Position numbers and translations under genes: made by a program | From: a virus | DNA length: 64,000 nt | Strand: one strand, 5' to 3' | Virus record (IMG/VR): IMGVR_UViG_3300045988_170943 | Span: 288,001-352,000 of that record | The notes under the pieces: model-generated | Seen by the model: the letters and a program-made list of their open reading frames with translations, nothing else | Told to the model about the DNA's origin: nothing | Database searches by the model: none | Shown: piece by piece, positions 58,737-64,000 of the stretch | Layout: every line of letters starts with the position of its first letter | Position numbering within the stretch: position 1 is the first letter of the stretch

Positions 58737-59366
58737 ATGGATGTTATATGTGGAGTTTATGCTATTTTTGATTCAAGTACAAATGAATGCTTGTATGTTG
58801 GCCAGTCAAGTAATGTGCTATTACGATTCAAGAAGCACTTGTATTTGTTAAAGTCAAGAAAGCATAGGAAGGATTTTGTGGCGTGGTTTGAAGATCGTAA
58901 TTTCGACGCTAAAGCCATTAGGTTTGAGATAATGGAGATATGCGATAATGAGGATAATATAAAAAACTCACTTGAAATAAAGTGGTTCAATGAGTTGTCT
59001 CCGAAATTTTATGGTCAAGTTCCATCCATGAATAGCAAGTGGTCTCATTCGGAAGAAACTATTTCTAAAATAAAAGATCACTCCCAAAGAGGGTGCAAGA
59101 TATTTTACTACGACTGCGAAAGTTGTGGTAAGGTTTTTATATCTAACAAAAGAAGATATAAGAAACATGTATTCTGTAGTGTGAAATGTAGTTCAAGCCA
59201 CTTTTCTATAGTTAACAAATTTGACTACGATACAATATCTGGTATGTATGCTAGTGGTATGACTCAATGTGAAATTGCGAAAGAACTCAATGTTTCAAAT
59301 ACGAGCATATCAAAATTTATGATGTTAAATGGAATCTCAACTGGATATTCCAAACACAAAAAATAG
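58737..59366 (+). CDS. GIY-YIG homing endonuclease (paralog, AT-rich)
   Basis: GVYAIF...CLYVGQSSN, NSKWSHSEET shared with first copy; much lower GC than surroundings. Confidence 0.85.
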   Translation: MDVICGVYAIFDSSTNECLYVGQSSNVLLRFKKHLYLLKSRKHRKDFVAWFEDRNFDAKAIRFEIMEICDNEDNIKNSLEIKWFNELSPKFYGQVPSMNSKWSHSEETISKIKDHSQRGCKIFYYDCESCGKVFISNKRRYKKHVFCSVKCSSSHFSIVNKFDYDTISGMYASGMTQCEIAKELNVSNTSISKFMMLNGISTGYSKHKK

Positions 59367-59441
59367 CGGAATGTAGCTCAGGTGGTAGAGCGCTCGCTTT
59401 GGGAGCGAGAGGTTTCGCGGGTTCGAGCCCCGCCATTCCGA
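59367..59441 (+). tRNA. tRNA-Pro (TGG)
   Basis: anticodon loop ttTGGga; acceptor cggaatg/cattccg. Confidence 0.7.
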
Positions 59442-59553
59442 CTGGGTGAACCGGAGGAGGGCCTATCCGCGGCATGGGCTTTCTTCCACATAGGAGTTGC
59501 TGTCAGTACTTGTGGACGCACAGGGTAGCGGGTGACCGAATGAGTATGGTGAG

Positions 59554-59624
59554 TGGCTTATAGTTTAATGGCAGAAGGCTCGACGGAAATCGAGTGGACA
59601 AGGTTCGATTCCTTTGAAGGCCAG
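59554..59624 (+). tRNA. tRNA-like gene with non-canonical (6- or 8-nt) anticodon loop
   Basis: acceptor and T-arm (ttcgatt) present; anticodon hairpin ctcga-cggaaa-tcgag gives a 6-nt loop, or an 8-nt loop with a 4-bp stem. Confidence 0.35.
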
Positions 59625-59635
59625 CCCAATTTCTT

Positions 59636-59719
59636 GGTAGTGTGTGCCGAGTGGCGAAGGCAACTGACTGTAAATCAGCGACGTTAGAAACACCGGGGGT
59701 TCGACTCCCTCCACTACCA
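59636..59719 (+). tRNA. tRNA-Tyr (GTA), second copy, type II
   Basis: anticodon loop ctGTAaa; long variable arm; acceptor ggtagtg/cactacc. Confidence 0.6.
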
Positions 59720-59837
59720 CTGCTGTGCAAGAATCTCACGCAAAATTGGCTACCCGCGTGTGAACAGTGAGGGTTCGACTCCCTCATCGAGTGATTAGCC
59801 ATCTCGGGGCGGTCCCTGGTGCTTGCATGGTTTTCTT

Positions 59838-59910
59838 GGGGATGTAGCACAATTGGTGGTGCGCCTGCTTTGCAAGCAGATGGTTGCGGGTTCGAGTCCC
59901 GTCTTCTCCA
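59838..59910 (+). tRNA. tRNA-Ala (TGC)
   Basis: G3:U70 pair, anticodon loop ttTGCaa. Confidence 0.65.
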
Positions 59911-59967
59911 CAACCTTTCGGTAAATATTCCGTGAGGGTGAACATCTTTCAGAAGGGAAAGAGCAGT

Positions 59968-60204
59968 ATGGATCGCAAGCAGGCTCTAGAAGTTTTGGCA
60001 AGGGATTTCTCTGCTGGCAATACTGAGTGTGATGCCGATGAGTATATGTCGCTCGCAGAGGCATTCGATGGCTATGGGTTAGATTATGAAGATGACAATG
60101 ATGGCACCATTGATGGTTTTGCTAATAGTTTGCGCACTCTAGCCCGATCGATTCAGCCTAGTCATAGCGAAATTGATGAGGCTGTTAAGGTTCTTTCCTC
60201 TTGA
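59968..60204 (+). CDS. small acidic hypothetical protein inside tRNA array
   Basis: 78-aa ORF from internal ATG with RBS gaagggaaagagcagtATG. Confidence 0.4.
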   Translation: MDRKQALEVLARDFSAGNTECDADEYMSLAEAFDGYGLDYEDDNDGTIDGFANSLRTLARSIQPSHSEIDEAVKVLSS

Positions 60205-60263
60205 CGAAAGTCTTCCTGTATTACGCTTGCATTTGAGATTTTTGGTAGGTGTGGTGCAGGTTT

Positions 60264-60339
60264 GCTCGCTTAACTCAGTTGGTAGAGTGGATCTCTTACA
60301 AGGATTTGGTCGGGGGTTCAAGTCCCTCAGCGAGCACCA
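60264..60339 (+). tRNA. tRNA-Val (TAC), CCA encoded
   Basis: anticodon loop ctTACaa; 3' aCCA. Confidence 0.7.
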
Positions 60340-60347
60340 TTGCTTTT

Positions 60348-60419
60348 GCCGGTGTAGCCAAGTGGTAAGGCACCTCTCTCATAATGAGGTCATCGCTGGT
60401 TCGATTCCAGCCATCGGTA
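60348..60419 (+). tRNA. tRNA-Met or Ile2 (CAT), elongator type
   Basis: anticodon loop ctCATaa. Confidence 0.55.
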
Positions 60420-60424
60420 CTTAT

Positions 60425-60495
60425 TCCCCCTTGGTGTAGTGGCAGCACAACCGACTTTGGATCGGTTAGCCTAGGTTCGAGTCCTGGCGGGGGAG
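60425..60495 (+). tRNA. tRNA-Gln (TTG)
   Basis: anticodon loop ctTTGga. Confidence 0.6.
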
Positions 60496-60537
60496 CGACG
60501 CTGTGGCGTGCTTTTTGGGGTGCGTGTTGGCGTTCTT

Positions 60538-60609
60538 TGCCTCTTAGTGTAATTGGTAGCACGACTGATTCTGGTTCAGTTATTCTAGGTTCGAGTCCTG
60601 GAGGGGCAG
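60538..60609 (+). tRNA. tRNA-Gln (CTG)
   Basis: anticodon loop ttCTGgt; acceptor tgcctct/aggggca. Confidence 0.65.
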
Positions 60610-60989
60610 CGATGTGAGATGGTTTCAACTGGTGCTGGTGGGCCTAGTGTTTTCAGGGTTCCTTTCCAGTTCATGACCTTGGATGACGCGACGTTTTGTT
60701 TGCGCCACGTTGCTATACTGTCTCATATTCTCCCAGTTTGCCTGACACTGGGGTCTAGGAAGTCGGGTGTCTAGCGTAGAGACCGTCCCGCTGGTAGGGC
60801 GGCGAGCCGGTTGTCATGAAGCCGGTACTTTTGCTCACGGGTTGCGCTAGTTGCCGGGCATTAGTGGACTTTGCTTGGTTTTGTGGGAAGTGGTGGAAGT
60901 TGGACGTTCTGCTGCGATTTTGTTTTCTGGTGTCACCTGCTCTTGTTAGACTTATTCCTCCTCTTGCGGGGTGGGTGGCGCCGGAATAT

Positions 60990-61061
60990 GCAGATGTGGT
61001 GTTAATGGTAGCACGCGACCTTGCCATGGTTGTAGAGCGGGTTCGAGTCCCGTCGTCTGCT
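60990..61061 (+). tRNA. tRNA-Gly (GCC)
   Basis: anticodon loop ttGCCat; acceptor gcagatg/cgtctgc. Confidence 0.65.
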
Positions 61062-61191
61062 CGGAGTTCATGGAGATGTGTAGTGGTTTGGTTACTTCAT
61101 ATTTGGGTTATGTATTGCACCGGATTACGTCTTTTCTCTCTGTGTCTCTTTTTCTTGATCCTGTCACGTTCTTGTGGCAGGGTTATTGTTT

Positions 61192-61265
61192 CCGGGTGAC
61201 GCTATTGGCTTTTAGCGGGTGATCTCCAAAGTCACTGTCATTGGGGTTCGATTCCTCCACCCGGG
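61192..61265 (+). tRNA. tRNA-Trp (CCA)
   Basis: anticodon loop ctCCAaa; acceptor ccgggtg/cacccgg. Confidence 0.65.
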
Positions 61266-61670
61266 GCGGGCTGCTCATGGCCTGAAACTGTTGGGTGATT
61301 GATGTGTTCTTTCATTCTCAGTGTTTTAGGTTGTGGGTCGTTCATTGGGCATTGAGGTTCTTCCACGGTTCATGGGCGGCTGGTGCTCTTGAGCAACGCA
61401 TTGCGATGATGTTAGTGAACTCCATCTGGTGTGTTGTGCTGCTGCGGCACAAGGGGACCTTCGCAGTTGCCTCTTGTGTGGTTCCCTGTGCTGTTCGAAG
61501 TGGTTGACAATACGGGGTGCGGTCGGGTTTATGCTGACAAGACCTGTCCGCCACACGGAGGCTTGCTGGTAGCAACAGTAAAGCACGCTTCCCTTTGATG
61601 CTGCGAGTGTGTGCTGTGGTCGCTCGTCAATCGTGTGTTTGATTCTTTGGGGCCCTTTTTGGGGATGTAG

Positions 61671-61743
61671 CACAACTGGTAGTGCGTCCGCTTGGCTTGC
61701 GGGAGGTTACGGGTTCGAGTCCCGTCTTCTCCACTATGGGGTT
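61671..61743 (+). tRNA. tRNA-Ala (GGC)
   Basis: G3:U70; anticodon loop ttGGCtt; body nearly identical to Ala(TGC) copy. Confidence 0.65.
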
Positions 61744-62451
61744 CTGGCCTCACCCCTTGGCGTCTTTCGTGCAGGCACCTAAAACGGGAGGACACTTTTC
61801 GGAGTGTCGCCTTGTGGGAGGCTGCGTGCTGGTGTCAGGATGGAGTGGCCGAGTAGCGGGACTTGTAATCCTGTGATGCGGGTAGCGTTTGCTGATTGTG
61901 GCAGGCGTCCGACTGAGGCGGTACGACACTGTGTTCTGGCGCTGTCACGCCTTTAAACGATGTGCTTTTCGCTGTCTGGTTGAGTAGCGTCATAGACACC
62001 TTGGGTTGCTCCAAAGGGCTTGTTTCTGTGGCGTGAAGCGGGACGCCTCTTTCTTAAGAAGAGGGTGTGCAGGTAGTCCGAATGAAAGCGTTACTCAGAG
62101 AGGAGTGACTTCCTTTTTGACTTATGGTGTGAGCGCATTGACCTTAGTGATGGCTGGAACACACTGACCTTGAACATGTTGGGTTGGTGTCGCAGATTCG
62201 ACGTCTGCCGCTAGGGCTGATTTTGATTTGGTCGCAACGAGCGCTATCTTATGATAGTGAAGATTGTCGTTGCTGGCTACAGGTTTTCTTTACCATTCAG
62301 GATAGATAAGGTATTGAGTAACCTGTTTTCTGTGCCTTGTGTATTGGTGGTGACCGTTGTGCCTAGAGTCCATGTTCGTCCTGACACGCATGAGATTGAG
62401 CGTTGTCGTGCCGTGAAGGGGCCATGCAGTTTTGGCACATGCTATGACACC

Positions 62452-63774
62452 ATGGACGAGGCTGAGCATGTGCGTAAGGGTCTCCTATTGCAGGAGGCGA
62501 AGAGCCTGTATGGCGAAACCTGTGTCACGGCATACGACATGAGTCTTCCTGCCGGTGTTGATGGTGTGCTGAAAGACCTTAGTAGTGTGGGGAATCCTCT
62601 GGTTGTTGGTGGTGCTGTTCGTGACTCCTTGAGTGGTCACGCCAGTAAGGATATTGACATAGAGGTTCATGGCTCCAGTATTGGCCGCATCATTAAGTAC
62701 CTGAAAGGACAGGGGTACCATGTTGATGAGGTGGGGCGCCAGTTTGGGGTGCTCAAGGTCTCCAAGGGTGGGGTGAAGAACCTTGACGTGTCTGTCCCGA
62801 GGCGTGAGAACCGTGTTGGTGTGGGTCATAAGGCGTTCGCGGTCGAGTTCAGTGAGAACATGAGTGTTTCTGAGGCGGCCGAGAGAAGAGACTTTACGTT
62901 TAACGCGATCATGTACGACCATCACAGGGGCGTCATCGTTGACCCAACTAATGGTGTCAGTGACTACCGTGACCGGGTGATGCGTGCGGTCTCTGACAGG
63001 TTCAGTGAGGATCCTTTGCGTGTCCTCAGGGGCTTCCAGTTCGCGGCAAGGTTCGGTATGCGCTACGACGAGGACACGGCCAGAATGTGTCAAACTATTC
63101 GGGAAGAGTACAGTGACCTGTCGGTGGAGCGTGTGCGTGAAGAGTTCCACAAGTTCTTCACTAAGGGTGAAGACTACAGTGCTGGCGTGAGGGCGCTCCA
63201 AGACTCTGGTTGGGACAGTATTGAGCCTGGTCTGCGAGAGTCACTGGACGGTAGTCGAACTGTGGCTGCCCTCAACAACCTCACTGAACTTGACCCTAGT
63301 CAGCGTTCTGTCATTGGTGCCGCTATCATCCTCAAAGGGATCTCTACCCGTTCCGATAGGGAGAACTTCGCCAGAGTCGCCACAATGAGTAAGAGTGAGG
63401 CCACTCAGGCGATAACCCTCAGCGAGTTGGGTCACTCTGACATGTGTGACGACTATACTCTCAGGAAGACTGCTCTGGCGCTCGCCAGGAAAGGGACCTC
63501 ATACAGGCAGGTTCGCGCACTAGCGAAAACCTGTGGTGACAGCAGCATGGTGGCAGCCACCAATAAGGCAATCAAGATGGGCATGGGTGACAGACCCGCA
63601 CCGGATCTTGTTACTGGGAAAGACATTCTCCCTATATCTGGTCGAGTTCCTGGGAGGTGGGTTGGTGACCTGCTGGACCAGGTGCGTGAGGCTCAGTACA
63701 AGGGTGAGGTGACTAGCCGCCACCAGGCGCTCGATCTTGCACGGCGACTCACCAACAGCCTGGAAGACGACTAG
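62452..63774 (+). CDS. cca: tRNA nucleotidyltransferase (CCA-adding enzyme, class II)
   Basis: head-domain motif GGAVRDSLSGHASKDIDIEV (GGxVRD...DxD) and RRDFTFNA; in-frame upstream extension to 62251 is less likely. Confidence 0.8.
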   Translation: MDEAEHVRKGLLLQEAKSLYGETCVTAYDMSLPAGVDGVLKDLSSVGNPLVVGGAVRDSLSGHASKDIDIEVHGSSIGRIIKYLKGQGYHVDEVGRQFGVLKVSKGGVKNLDVSVPRRENRVGVGHKAFAVEFSENMSVSEAAERRDFTFNAIMYDHHRGVIVDPTNGVSDYRDRVMRAVSDRFSEDPLRVLRGFQFAARFGMRYDEDTARMCQTIREEYSDLSVERVREEFHKFFTKGEDYSAGVRALQDSGWDSIEPGLRESLDGSRTVAALNNLTELDPSQRSVIGAAIILKGISTRSDRENFARVATMSKSEATQAITLSELGHSDMCDDYTLRKTALALARKGTSYRQVRALAKTCGDSSMVAATNKAIKMGMGDRPAPDLVTGKDILPISGRVPGRWVGDLLDQVREAQYKGEVTSRHQALDLARRLTNSLEDD

Positions 63775-64000
63775 CCCGCACGTTTAGCCCATGCGGGTTA
63801 GTCACCCCTGTTGAGTGTGGTAGTTGTCACACTCAACAGGTGCTTGACACCTTCCTGGTGGCGGTGGTACACTAAGGCATGTGCTCAGGGGGTAGAGAAC
63901 AATATTCTTGAACGTTGAGTACACGCACAATCTAACATACATGGCTCTTGCTACACTGTTCCTTCACGAAAAGGAATAAGGCGTGGTGGAACATGTGTTT

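Noticed and set aside
62251-62451. N-terminal 67-aa extension of the CCA-adding enzyme ORF
   Set aside because: The extension is hydrophobic and odd in composition, has no RBS, and lies in a lower-GC spacer; the ATG at 62452 sits just upstream of the conserved head domain and is the likelier start
341-63723. All minus-strand ORFs in the track (60-395 aa)
   Set aside because: Every one overlaps a + strand gene with recognisable conserved domains or a tRNA; none has independent support; the region appears to be transcribed from one strand
1-64000. CRISPR arrays or tandem direct repeats
   Set aside because: No regularly spaced direct repeats were seen; repeats present are inverted (hairpins) or tRNA-derived

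Overview
This 64-kb window reads as the replication and nucleotide-metabolism arm plus the tRNA island of a large virulent phage, probably infecting a Gram-positive host; cell-wall domains (PASTA, G5, NlpC/P60, class A PBP) point to Actinobacteria. All credible genes are on the + strand and no capsid, tail or terminase genes are present. Every family or function assignment below comes from motifs I recognise by eye in the supplied translations; no database search was run, and coordinates of RNA features are approximate (about +/-3 nt).

Recognisable genes include:
- Replication, recombination and repair: SSB, RecA, DnaB with a DnaC-like loader, a sliding-clamp-like and a possible delta-like protein, RecG, a Pif1-like helicase, an SNF2 helicase and SbcD/Mre11.
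- Nucleotide metabolism: class Ib RNR NrdE, and an anaerobic-RNR activase NrdG sitting beside a free-standing GrcA-type glycyl-radical domain.
- Defence-like and nuclease genes: a 953-aa gamma-class N6-adenine methyltransferase (NPPY) with a possible N-terminal nuclease, next to an HNH endonuclease, and a MoxR-AAA+ / VWA pair flanking recA.
- Cell-envelope genes: a bifunctional class A penicillin-binding protein with a PASTA domain, a type I signal peptidase, a PASTA-repeat membrane protein, a G5 + NlpC/P60 hydrolase, a G5 + lysozyme-like protein and a BI-1/YccA-family membrane protein.
- Other: a ClpB-like AAA+ protein and a SpoU/TrmH methyltransferase.

Positions 53.3-61.8 kb hold at least 32 tRNA genes, interrupted by two GIY-YIG homing endonucleases and followed by a CCA-adding enzyme. 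Several of these tRNAs appear to carry hairpin insertions in the variable region, and a few have non-canonical anticodon loops. Two ORF-free stretches of about 0.9 and 1.3 kb lie in or next to the array and are candidate structured ncRNAs. Long perfect inverted repeats punctuate several intergenic regions; one sequesters the recA ribosome-binding site and start codon.
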